A DNA stretch of 63,558 nt, filler included, from Folioceros fuciformis (taxonomy: Eukaryota): the NCBI GenBank assembly GCA_049999805.1. It is 18 parts of 18 records of this genome, joined end to end, with 100 filler letters (N's around TTAATTAATTAA, not from the genome) between each part and the next. Parts side by side here need not be neighbours in the genome. Positions count along the whole stretch, not along the records: positions 22,267 to 25,945 come from JBNGIO010006747.1; positions 26,046 to 32,201 come from JBNGIO010006748.1; positions 32,302 to 33,526 come from JBNGIO010006749.1; positions 33,627 to 34,854 come from JBNGIO010006750.1; 14 more parts are not named here. One strand, written 5' to 3'. Each line of letters starts with the position of its first letter. The stretch's first letter is position 1. The translations under genes and the position numbers were made by a program. Of this stretch, positions 24,194 through 34,954 are shown piece by piece. The notes under the pieces were generated by a model. It was not told where the DNA came from. It searched no databases and worked only from the letters and a program-made list of their open reading frames with translations.

Positions 24194-25909
24194 CTAGGAT
24201 CCTTGCCCATCCTGTTCCCCGTCACCTTTCTCTTTCTTTGACTTTTTCTTGCTCACACTCTCCGGTGTGGCAGCATCTTTTTTGCGCTTACGTTCTACTC
24301 CGGTAGCTTCCTCTATTTCGTTCTTCACTTGCTGCAACTCGGCTTCACCTTTTTTCTTTTTCTTTGTCTTTGTCTTGGGTGTCTCCCCGTTCGCAGCTCC
24401 CTCCCCAACAACCCCTTCCTGCTTATCCTTCTTCTTTTTCTTGCCCTCCTCCTCTGCCCTTTCTTTCCCCGTCTCCTTGTCTCCGTGACCACCTGGGGTG
24501 GCATCACCTTGAGGTGGTTGAGCTTCAATCTGCTCACTATCAACCTTCTCCTTTCCCTTTTTCTCCTTCTTTTTCTTTTTCTTCCCTTCCTCCTCAACCT
24601 GGGGTTTCTCCTCAGCTGCAGGAGCATCTCCTATGGCTGCAAGCCTTGCAATCTCTGCATCGTCCAATGGAACATTCCTGAGCCACTGCTCAGGTGTCTT
24701 GTCATTGGGCTTGCCATATTTGTCTAAGAGTCCTAGACCTATCATTTTCTTCTTCATGGAAGCCCTAGGACCCAAACCCCACTTCCTGGGGTAAGTGTCC
24801 CGTTCCATGACCACCCTTTTGATCTTAGCAACCACTCCGTGGTCGCAGGTTGCCATCACTGCTGTAGTCATCTGGGCAACACCGATAGCGATTGCCTCCC
24901 CTTTGGTGGACATAAGGACCACCTCCTCCCCGACCTCGATGGCATTCTCGAACCTCAAAAGCCCGGGAACCATCAACCTCGCCCCATAACATATAGCATT
25001 GACAGTACTGTCCTTCACCACGAGCCTCTTGTAGCTCGTGAGCAACACCTCCAACGGCATGATAACGCGCCTGAGGTAGGACTCATCTTGGTGATTGTCA
25101 AACTGCCACTGAGCGTCCAGCACATCATGCATTGTCACAAGATTATCCTTCTCCCCTAAAATCCCTGATCTGACACGCCGCAGCTCCTGCATGTGAGCTC
25201 CGACACCCAGCAGAAGTCCCAGGTGCACACATAGAGTCCGAATATACGTCCCCGCCTCACAAGAAACCCAGAATACCACAAAATGCCGCTCACTGTCGTA
25301 CTCCAGCAGCTTGCTCTCGTAGATGGTCCTTATCCTCAGCTGCCTCTTCACCGCCGAAATCAGCGGAGGCCGCTGGAATAGGGCTCCAGTGAGGGTCTCA
25401 ATAGCCCTCCCTACTTTGGTGACATCATCTACTGCGGCGTGCAACCGCGCCACACACACATACTCCTTCCCTGCGCCCTGCTGCGCTTTCACAAGCCTTG
25501 TAGCCCGGTCCACACACACAATGAGGGATCCCGTGACCTTGGGATCCAGGGTCCCGCTGTGCCCTGTCTTGTCAACCCTCAATATCCTGCGGATCCATGC
25601 AACAACTTCGTGCGAACTGGGATTCGCAGGCTTGTCCAAATTGATCACTCCGTACCTGATGTAATCAAACAGAGGTCGCTTGAGGGGAGAGTATCCAGTA
25701 GGAATGGGGGTGTAATGCCCTGTCCTCACGTTCAGCTTGTCGTAGTGCTTGAGCAGTAGCGGCCATTTGGAGGTCTCCAGAGGCGGAGTGCTGGACTCTG
25801 GCTTGATCAAGTAATCCGTGCGGGTCTGCTGATCGCCCCCTTCATCCCCCACCACCACATCGGTTGCTACCTTGTCTCTTTTCTTCTTCTTCTTCTCGGC
25901 CGACGCCAT
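24194..25909 (-). CDS. CBF5: H/ACA snoRNP pseudouridine synthase (dyskerin/NAP57), intronless
   Basis: TruB motifs [14 protein letters not shown] and [17 protein letters not shown] domain, [12 protein letters not shown], and a KKE-rich tail; 571-aa ORF. Confidence 0.98.
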   Translation of the reverse strand: MASAEKKKKKRDKVATDVVVGDEGGDQQTRTDYLIKPESSTPPLETSKWPLLLKHYDKLNVRTGHYTPIPTGYSPLKRPLFDYIRYGVINLDKPANPSSHEVVAWIRRILRVDKTGHSGTLDPKVTGSLIVCVDRATRLVKAQQGAGKEYVCVARLHAAVDDVTKVGRAIETLTGALFQRPPLISAVKRQLRIRTIYESKLLEYDSERHFVVFWVSCEAGTYIRTLCVHLGLLLGVGAHMQELRRVRSGILGEKDNLVTMHDVLDAQWQFDNHQDESYLRRVIMPLEVLLTSYKRLVVKDSTVNAICYGARLMVPGLLRFENAIEVGEEVVLMSTKGEAIAIGVAQMTTAVMATCDHGVVAKIKRVVMERDTYPRKWGLGPRASMKKKMIGLGLLDKYGKPNDKTPEQWLRNVPLDDAEIARLAAIGDAPAAEEKPQVEEEGKKKKKKEKKGKEKVDSEQIEAQPPQGDATPGGHGDKETGKERAEEEGKKKKKDKQEGVVGEGAANGETPKTKTKKKKKGEAELQQVKNEIEEATGVERKRKKDAATPESVSKKKSKKEKGDGEQDGQGS

Positions 25910-26328
25910 CGTCGTCGCTAGCTCAGCTCAACGCAGCTCAGGTCCNNNNNNNNNNNNNNNNNNNNNNNNNNNNNNNNNNNNNNNNNNNNTTAATTAATTA
26001 ANNNNNNNNNNNNNNNNNNNNNNNNNNNNNNNNNNNNNNNNNNNNGTATAAATTATCTACAGGAATAAAACAAATGGCTTTAAGCCCCCAAGTGAAAATT
26101 ATTGCCGAGGTTTGCCTAACAAAGCTGATGCAGTTTGGTAACAAGGGTGCGCAGACTAGGGTTTAGTAAGGATGACAAAGTGACAAGTGGAGGGGTGGTG
26201 AAGTGTCGTTCATAAATGCACAGTGTGAAATGCGTGTATGTCACGGCGCAATTACTCAAATCCTGTTCCTGTTTGCGTCCAGGCTTGGACAGACTGCGGC
26301 TGAATGACGAGAGTGACATGAAGGGGTC

Positions 26329-28507
26329 ATGGAGGTGTACGAGGAGCAGGAGCGAGAGCTGGACGGCCCGGCTTTTACCGGTGCCATGTCTCGGACTGGA
26401 GTTGCAGGCTCCAAGTACAGCGCACGCCTGGCCTCGGAGGTGCAGCGCAAGCTGCAGAAGGTAAGAGTGGGCTCGGGGCACCTCACCAGGGATGGATGGA
26501 ATTGGTCCCAGCGTGTGACTAACGGAAGCGGGATGCTGTCTTTGGCAGGCTCTAGACTCGCCGTCTTACCGGGGAGAATTGCTGCGGCAGCTGTTCACGG
26601 ATGTAGCGCTGGAGGTGGATGCTCGTGCTTTGGGTACAGCCTGTGACTCTGCTGCTTTGTTCTTTTGATTTGAGTGGTAGCTGGTGAGGTGAATATGACG
26701 CTCCGGATTCGTTTGTGGGCTTGCAGCTCTTCTGTACGACGCTGAGAAGACTAGGGGAACGTTGGATGTGGTGAGCGATGGGAGAACGACTTCTTTGTGT
26801 TTTTACGAGGTGCTCGCCGAGCACTACGCCCAAGTGCCGGAGACGGCAAATGCAGCTCTTGCCATTTTTCTGCAGCTGTGGAGCCAGTCTTACGCTTCTC
26901 AAATATTTGCTCTTCTATTCTATCAGTGGGTGAGTGCTGGCGGCGGTTGCCTTCGTTCCGGGTGCGAAGATGTCGAACATCGGAATTTAGTTGAACAAGT
27001 GTTTTTCTTCTCACGGATGGTTTGCCACTGCGGGCTGCAGTTATTTGAGGTTCCTACAGCACATTCCGACACATTTGTGCGATATTCTCGTGCTTTCATC
27101 GAGGGTGCAAACTACATCTTCTGGTACGTGGGCGTGGAATTCGGATGGCTTTGTGAACTGCTCCCTCTCTTCCTGTAGTTTTAGCTTACATGGTGCCTAC
27201 TCTAGGTGGGTCTGGTGTATAGGTTTTAAGGGAATCTTTCTATCCGGTTTGCGTCTTACGAGATTCAACTCCTTGGGTGCGTAGGATTGACTTGCAGAGC
27301 AATGTCAGGCGATTCTTTTCAGTATATAACGTAAGGTGACTCCATCTCACAAGCTAACAGCATCATCCAGTTTTTCATCAGAGTGTTTTTCTTCCCCGGT
27401 GCTTCGGATGGTGGACCCGCATGAGCAGACCTTATGTTGGTGTCGCTGTTTGCATGTAGTGCAGTATATATTCGAGGAAGTTGCTATGGTGGCGTCACAG
27501 CTGAACAAGGTGCCTGTGAAGGTGGGCTCTCTACGGGAAGCTTTGCAAGGAGGACCGTTGTTCCTGTGGATAGAAGGTTTTGTGATCTAGGAATCCCAGG
27601 TTTGCATTGTGCGCCTAGTGGCTGATCTAAGACTTGGCAAACATGTCACAGCTTCAGCAAGATGTATTCGTGTTGCTCTCCAAGTTTTTCTTCTTTTATG
27701 AACCAGGTACTGCTTTTACCGATCGCTCTACTGTTCTTTTCAGATGCGATGCTGTGCACCTTTTCTCCCTAACCTCTGTGCCCCGCTCGTAGCTGACAGG
27801 TTACAAACTTTCTTAAATAGCTTTCCTAGTTTCTCAAGAGCCGTCGATATATTCGTGATTGAGCTGACCGTTCAGGTGCAACAACAGTACATGTTCTGTT
27901 TTGCGTCTTTCTGGTGTTAGACGTGTGTCTCGGTACGCTAATAGAGTTATGGTGGTGCTTACTCATTGTTTCAGTTACAGAAAGTGAAAGTTGAACCCGT
28001 GCTGCTGCACTATTTGCGGAGCACCAAGAGTCTGAAAGGTAATTTTGCTTCCTAGTGCTCATGACTGATGCCCGTTGGCGAGTTTTAAAATTCGAATTCG
28101 TTCTCCCATGTTTCCTACAGGCATTGAGCTACGTGCGACTACGAGCACTCGGTTGAAATCTGCACTGTACAGCTTCACTTCGCCAGGAGGTCCGATGTAC
28201 CCAACAAGGCCTGTGCGGCATGATGCTTGGGAGACCCTTGACTGCCTTTTTCCGGTACTTTGTTTGAAAGAATGGTTCTCTGTAGTGGTGAATGGTCACG
28301 GGCTCTGGTGCACACTGAAACACACCCATCTTTTTCTTGTCTCAGGTCGGTAGACACTCACGGCATCTTATAAGTCTGTTCTTCCGATTGCTACATCCTT
28401 ACTATTGGCCCCTCTCGTTCTGGAATTTTGTGGTGACCGTTATCATGACTATTTTGGAGCGCATCTTTGATATTTGGGAAGAGCTCTGGCAAAGAGTTTT
28501 CGGTTAG
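26329..28507 (+). CDS. Conserved uncharacterised plant protein, about 11 exons
   Basis: Exon chain ...QLFTDVALEVD..., LCFYEVLAEHY...LWSQSYASQIFALLFYQW|LFEVP..., LQKVKVEPVLLHYL, LYSFTSPGGPMYPTRPVRHDAW, RLLHPYYWP; stop TAG 28505-28507. Confidence 0.85.
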
Positions 28508-28567
28508 TGTTAAAGTGAGAAAGCCTGGCTAGCTTGACTTGCTGGTTACCATGTTGGTGCTTAACTC

Positions 28568-29062
28568 TCATTTGCCCCCGATGGCTATATGCGTGGCATC
28601 GTTTTTCAACACATGCAAAAGGGCCTGCGAGCTTTCTAAGATCTGCGTCAAGGGGAATACGATTTCTCAAGTCATGATGCCAAGTATGTAGGCCATGTGT
28701 TGAGCAAAGTGGTCAACAACTTACTTTGCAGTAAGCAGATTCCACCTCTTGTATGGTCTTCTCATATTCATTCACGTAGGCGTATCGCCTTGAGAGATTG
28801 TCGTCAATTTCTGCCAGTCTCTTTGTGAGAACCAAAAGGTCCTTCTGAATCGCAGCTTTCTCTTCTTCCTCCACTTGCAAGATCTTCCTGAGATGGTCTC
28901 TCTTCTCTCGCAGCTCTCCGATATCTGCTGACCGTAGCTTTCCTGTTAATCCTTCTACCAGAAAACAAGGCGTAACAGCGCATTGCAGGAATTGATTTGG
29001 ATTTAACTCTGCACAAGCTCCATGTTGTAATCTTGAAGCGTTTGGCCTCCGTTAGCCGCCAT
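28568..29062 (-). CDS. SSNA1: DIP13/SSNA1 (NA14) microtubule/basal-body coiled-coil protein, 109 aa; exons 29062-29008, 28924-28725, 28642-28568
   Basis: Manual splice gives MAANGGQTLQDYNMELVQNIGELREKRDHL...EEEEKAAIQKDL...NEYEKTIQEVESAYCK|ILESSQALLHVLKND...*, matching the SSNA1 hallmarks LQNYNNELV and AYxKILESSQTLL; the exons sum to 330 nt. Confidence 0.93.
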
Positions 29063-30815
29063 AAATATGCCTCCCGAACTTTCCTATCCCAAGTGCACGA
29101 TGCACTCGCCGTGGGATGGGAGGAACAAAAACCGTTAGCGAAGGCAGCGGTTATAGCATGCAGCTGCCACTAACCACAGGTTAACTACTATGTGTAGCTT
29201 CCCATGTCTTGTTCTTGTGCTGGAATGCATTTCAGGTGGACGAGGCAAGAAAGTTCACCGAGTGATTTTTATCCTGTTCGAGCTGATCGCTGATCGGAGG
29301 GCCAATATTTGCCCTACCTCTGCTTTCTGGGCAGTATCAGCGACATCAAAGGCAGTCTGATCTAAATGGCAACCGAAGTTCAACGAGTTTGTGACCGGAA
29401 TAATGGTTGAGCACAGGGAGATTGTTCAGGACTCAAACCTAGGTCCTAGGTGTAGTGGATGTTCTGCTCAAGCTCCAAGGACATGATGGGTTGGAACACG
29501 TAGCTGGCAACATCCTGACTGGTGCATGACTCCGCTGGATTTTTGTTGCAGGAACGGGGGAGAGTCAGCGACTCTTCCGTTCTGTGCACGTGGGACATGA
29601 TGTGTCCAGGCACGGATACTTCGTCCAATGCCAAGCTTGAAATGGGCAATGGCGGGGTGTTCTGGCATCCCGGCATACGCTGACAAGCTACAAACCGAGC
29701 TGGAGACCGTGCTTGGAAGTAGAGGCTGGTCACAAGGGCTGACATCCCCCACCTGTCTTATCTCCAACTCATGCTCAACTCAACTCAGATTTCACCGTTC
29801 TGGAATTTTACTTTTGTCTCTCCTGTCCACCCAACATACAGGTCCATGGGCTGTGACGTCCCCGCTGCTGTTGTCAGTAATCGGGGAGTCCGTCGTGAGA
29901 GTCTCGGAGAGGCCGGTGCTAACGTTACACTTGGTTTCTGGTCCATAAACCTCCACAACATGATCCGACTGAGAGCGAACGAGCTGCGAGTGCAGGCCGA
30001 GGATTTATGTCAAAGAACAGCCTGCAAGCTGCTGCATTTTGAGGTAGGACTTAGTGGCTAGTCTGGCTCTCACCAGTATGCCCTCTGGCTAGACCAGATG
30101 AAATTTTTAGGGTGGCCTCGTCCGTTAAGCAGTGCAACCAGAGGATGTAGCCATTGGTTTGGAAGATGAGTTTGTATATAGTTAAACAGCATAATTTAAT
30201 TAAAACATTATTACTATTTAAAAATAATGATGAATAGTATATAATATATATATCTTATCAGTCTTTTCTCTATATAAAAGATATAGGTACTTATATTCTT
30301 AACATAAAGTATGTTTAGGGTAATAAAATTTTTAATATCATCATTTTGACTTAAGCTTTAAAAAGAGATGATCATATGGATAGGGAAGGAAAAAGAGGAA
30401 AGAATTTATGTATGAGGAAGGAGTTAAGTAGAAGTATTTAAATATGATCTCGCTATCTTTGTTTGTAAGTGATAAACCTTTTGCCTTCACAAAAACATTC
30501 AATTTTTTTTTTTTCTTTGGAGAAACTAGAGAGTAATTATTTTGATTGTGAATGTATAACCATCCACAACAAAACAAACACAAGTTCACAACCTATTGTA
30601 CATAATTTTATATTCATAATATGATGGGCAAATTGATGAGCAAGATATCTTTTTAATTATACTCTTGGTGAATTCAAAAATAAATGATATCAAACTTGTA
30701 GATTAGAAGCTCATGAACATGGATAAGGCAAAGTGCAACTTGCAAAAAACTTTGATTTCAAAGGCCATGTTATGCAATGTATGCAGTCAATCTATAGAGA
30801 CACTACTCCTTGAAG

Positions 30816-32183
30816 ATGACAAGTGTATTAACAAGTATTCCAGAGTTTGGAGACCGGACCACGGCTGATGTAATTCTAAAACTTATACCATTACAAAATA
30901 ATGGACTCCCAATTGAGCCCTTGTTCTTGCACTCCAAGGTGCTTCGACGTTGTGAATTTTTTGAAGCCCGTCTTTCTTTGCGCTGGAGTGTGGAGGGTGT
31001 TTCATGTTCACAACCTTTGGAGCTAACACTTGATAAATGTAAGAACCCTCATGTGTATGTGCGATGTATTCATTTGTTGTATCTTCCAAATAAAATCAAA
31101 TCTAATTTTTTCAGTGATGCACAAGATGTGCTTGATATACTAGAAGTGGCAGCCGAGCTTTTGTTTCATGAATGCATTGATGCATGTATGAAATACCTGG
31201 ATTCAATACCGTGGAATGCAGAAAATGAAACAAATATTCGAACTTTATTCAAGTCCCTTCACATCAAGCCTACATCAGATCTTGCTGCAAGGCTTAGTAT
31301 GTTTGAAGATGTTTCCAACTTCAAACCTGTTGATATTATGAAAAACATTCTTGGAGAGTTGCTCACGTTGGTCACAAATGGTGCTCCCACAAAGACTCGA
31401 AATATTACACGAAAGGTTTTACTCGGCAACAACGTAATGTCATTAGGTTCCTCGTCACTTGCGGCTGTGAATGAAATTATCTTGTTGAAAGAGCTCCATA
31501 AGAATGTTGAGCAGTTGAAAGTTCAGTTGCGAAAGTTTGCAAACTTTTGCACTTGGAACAGCCATCAAGTTAACTTATCTTGTTCCACAATCCAATGGCT
31601 TTTGGAGGAAATGTTCACCCTACAATTTGCAGATGCAGCAGTGCAAATGTTGGTGGATGAACAAGAATTGGCTCAGCTCATGGTGTGTAGATGTTATCAA
31701 AACCCTGTTACTGAGACATTGTTTTTCATATTCTTGCGGGTGCTCCAAGGATTGCAGAATGGAAATGTTAGTGTATCTAAAGCTATCCGACTATCTCTTC
31801 TTACTACTTGGCTACCCGTGATAGCTAAACTTGGGAATGATGGTGATGACAATTTTAAGAAGAAACATGAATTGCAACAAGATCTGGAAAAAGGATTAAA
31901 TGCATTAGTCCACACATTACCCATCATCGATCAAGAAGGTATTTTCAAGATATGGATAACTTCTTGCCTTTGTAGTAGAAGAGCATGGCCAGACTTGAGT
32001 CAAGTTTTTGATGTGTGGTGTGATAAGCTACGTGAAGCACAGCGAACGAAAGACAACACAAATTTCTTGTTAGACAACACAAATATGGAGCTTACCTGTG
32101 TTGAAACAAACATTGAAAAGGATGTGCAGATTGCATGTTTTCAGACAAAGAGTGAAAAGGAAATAGAGAGTCATTCTCTCTAA
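30816..32183 (+). CDS. Plant BTB/POZ-domain protein, intronless ORF
   Basis: FGDRTTADVILKL...LFLHSKVL...FFEARLSLRW, AAELLFHECIDACMKYLDSIPW, RLSLLTTWLP, WPDLSQVFDVWC are typical of a plant BTB family. Confidence 0.85.
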   Translation: MTSVLTSIPEFGDRTTADVILKLIPLQNNGLPIEPLFLHSKVLRRCEFFEARLSLRWSVEGVSCSQPLELTLDKCKNPHVYVRCIHLLYLPNKIKSNFFSDAQDVLDILEVAAELLFHECIDACMKYLDSIPWNAENETNIRTLFKSLHIKPTSDLAARLSMFEDVSNFKPVDIMKNILGELLTLVTNGAPTKTRNITRKVLLGNNVMSLGSSSLAAVNEIILLKELHKNVEQLKVQLRKFANFCTWNSHQVNLSCSTIQWLLEEMFTLQFADAAVQMLVDEQELAQLMVCRCYQNPVTETLFFIFLRVLQGLQNGNVSVSKAIRLSLLTTWLPVIAKLGNDGDDNFKKKHELQQDLEKGLNALVHTLPIIDQEGIFKIWITSCLCSRRAWPDLSQVFDVWCDKLREAQRTKDNTNFLLDNTNMELTCVETNIEKDVQIACFQTKSEKEIESHSL

Positions 32184-32301
32184 CATAATAGATGTATGAG
32201 ANNNNNNNNNNNNNNNNNNNNNNNNNNNNNNNNNNNNNNNNNNNNTTAATTAATTAANNNNNNNNNNNNNNNNNNNNNNNNNNNNNNNNNNNNNNNNNNN
32301 N

Positions 32302-32708
32302 CCTCGAGCTTTCGGCTCCCTCGCTCTCGGAGCTCAGTTCTCCTCCCAGATGTCCTTTGTCACAGATCTTTGTCTGTGACATCTTCAGACATGACCATCT
32401 CGCTCCACCACTTGAGTTCCACAACCAGGCTCTGATACCACTTGAAAGGAACGCTCTAAGAGCTACATGGAGAAGGAGAGGAGGAGGCAAGGAGAAGAGG
32501 AGAAAGAAAGGTCAAACTCTCACAATAGAGTCACACATACAAGGGAGCTCAAGGGGTATTTATACCCTCTAGAAGAGCTCCATAGGAAGCTTCACAAGAA
32601 GCCCATAGGAAGCTGCACAAGAAGCTTCCTAGAGATTAACTTAAGCTAATCTAAACTAATGATACTTAACTAGACACGAATCTTAGACTAAACACATTAG
32701 TCTATGCA
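32302..32708 (-). mobile_element. LTR retrotransposon 5' end: ~266-bp LTR (32708-32443), tRNA-iMet PBS (32440-32428), gag start
   Basis: Minus strand ...TTTCA-AG-TGGTATCAGAGCC; TATAAATA inside the LTR; ORF MSQTKICDK... runs into the gap. The outer LTR boundary is approximate. Confidence 0.8.
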
Positions 32709-33526
32709 CATTGGGCTTTAATAACCCTACACACATGGATTAGAAATGGGGAAATCATAGAAGGTTCAAGGGTGGGTCGGATCAGGTTCTGCCTCTCCTC
32801 ATCCATCCGAGCGTATAAAATCCTCCCCAAGTCGATCCTGGTGCCCTTCACTATTTCATGCACAAACAGGAGCATCTGGTCGGACAGATAATCCTGTTTG
32901 CGTACCTGGAAGAAGCTCAGGAACCACCTGGCCAATCCCAACAGCTGAGGACTTGCTATGTCGCGCACCAGCCACCCGTTCGCTTCTTTTCTCGTACCTG
33001 CCTTAAGCAGTGTTTCCGCGGCCCCCGTTCCGCCACGCTTCTTCAGGGACTCCAACACCAGTCCCCCTTCCTCCTGTTGGTCGCGCCCGTAGACCCTCCT
33101 GATCAACTCTAGGTTCCATTCCTGGGGTCCGCCTCTGATCCCCTCCTCACGTACAGGCTCTATAAGTCTCAGGGCGCACTCCCTGACCAGCTGGGGTGCT
33201 GCATGGTACCACTTCTGGGTCATAAAGTTCAGACCCAGCTCTGCCACTAACTTTCCTGCCCTGACCCTCCAGTGCTCCATATTGGGCCACAGGAGTAGGT
33301 CGATTCGGGGGACAGGAGGTCCCCCCTCCTGTCTAGAGGCTGCTGCTCCAGGGATCAGTTCAGGCCGTGACCTCATCCTACTTGTCCTTCTCCCCTCACG
33401 CTCGGGCTCGGAACTCTTCTGTCCTGGTCGCGCTCTAGCTCTTCCTCTGTTTGCCCAGCTCTCTCCACCGCTCGCGCCTTGGAGGTCTCCCACTCCCCTG
33501 TGCCTGCTCAACCCTCACGCCCTACG
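32709..33526 (-). pseudogene. ORF fragment, probably a transposon accessory ORF, cut by the LTR insertion
   Basis: About 270 open codons ending at the LTR edge; no recognisable host domain. Confidence 0.45.
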
Positions 33527-33626
33527 NNNNNNNNNNNNNNNNNNNNNNNNNNNNNNNNNNNNNNNNNNNNTTAATTAATTAANNNNNNNNNNNNNNNNNN
33601 NNNNNNNNNNNNNNNNNNNNNNNNNN

Positions 33627-34854
33627 CCCCTATTTTTTCCATCATTCTGCCTTGCAGAGGTCATACCCCTATTTTTTCCACCCTTCCGCCCTGCGATGGC
33701 CATGTCCCCTAATTTATCCCATACTCCAACCTACGGCGGCCATGAACTCTTGTTTTTCCAACACTCCGCCCTGCGGCGGCTATGACCCCTACTTTTTTCC
33801 CTCTTCCGCCCTGTGTCGACCATGTCCCCTATTTGTTCCCACTCTACGGCAGCCATAACCCCTTTTTTTCCCGCACTCCGCCTTGCAGCGACCATGACCC
33901 CCTTTTTTTTTAGCACTTCGCCTTGCGGCAACTATGACCCCTTTTTTTTTCCACCACTCCACCTTGCAGGAGTCATGACTCTTTTTTTTTCCAACACTCC
34001 ATTCTGCGGCAGCCATGTCCCCTATTTTTTCCCTGACTCCGGAGGCCTTGCAACGGCCCTGTCCCCTATTTTTTTCCTCGACTCCACCATCCGGCGGCCC
34101 TGTTCCCTATTTTATTCCACACTCCGCCTTGTGGCGGCTAGGAGCCCTATTTTATCCCGCACTCTGCCCTGCGGCGGCCATGACCTCTTTTTTTTCCTGC
34201 ACTCCGCCCTGCGGAAGTCATGACCCCTTGCTTTTCCCGCACTTCGCCCTACGGCAGCCATGTCCCCTATTTTTTTCCCCAACCCTGCCTTACAGCAGCC
34301 CTATCCCCTATTTTTTCCTCCACTCCGCTCTACGGAGGCCCTGTTCTCTATTTTTTCTTGCTCTCCGCTCTGCGGTGGCCCTGTTCCCTATTTTTTCCTG
34401 CTCTCTGCCGTGCGGTGGCCATGTCCCCTATTTTTTCCCCAGCTCCGCCTTGCGGCAGCCCTATCCCTTATTTTTTTCCTCGACTCCGTCCTATGGCGGC
34501 CCTGTTCCCTATTTTATTCCACACTTCGCCCAGCGGCGGCCATGACCCCTTGTTTTTCTAGCACTCCGCCCTACGGCGGCCATGACCCCTACTTTTTCCC
34601 CTCTTCTACCTTGTGGCAACCATGACACCCTTTTTTTCAACACTACGCCCAACGGCGGCCGTGTCCCCTATTTTTTTCCCGACTTCGCCTTGCGGTAGCT
34701 TTGTCCCCTATTTTTTCCTCGACTCCGCCCTATGGCGGCTATGCCCCTATTTTATCCCGCACTCCGCTTTGCAGCGGCCATGACCCCTTTTTTTTCTTGC
34801 ACTCCGCCCTATGGCAGCCATGAGCCCTTGTTTTTCCCGCACTCCTCCCTGCGG
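33627..34854. repeat. Tandem array of ~42-44-bp units (ACTCCGCCCTGCGGCGGCCATGTCCCCTATTTTTTCCCGC-like) filling the whole contig
   Basis: Roughly 28 diverged head-to-tail copies with no unique spacers. Confidence 0.92.
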
Positions 34855-34954
34855 NNNNNNNNNNNNNNNNNNNNNNNNNNNNNNNNNNNNNNNNNNNNTT
34901 AATTAATTAANNNNNNNNNNNNNNNNNNNNNNNNNNNNNNNNNNNNNNNNNNNN

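Noticed and set aside
33627-34854. Hairpin-containing regular repeats resembling a CRISPR array
   Set aside because: No unique spacers, degenerate units, no cas genes, and a eukaryotic context.
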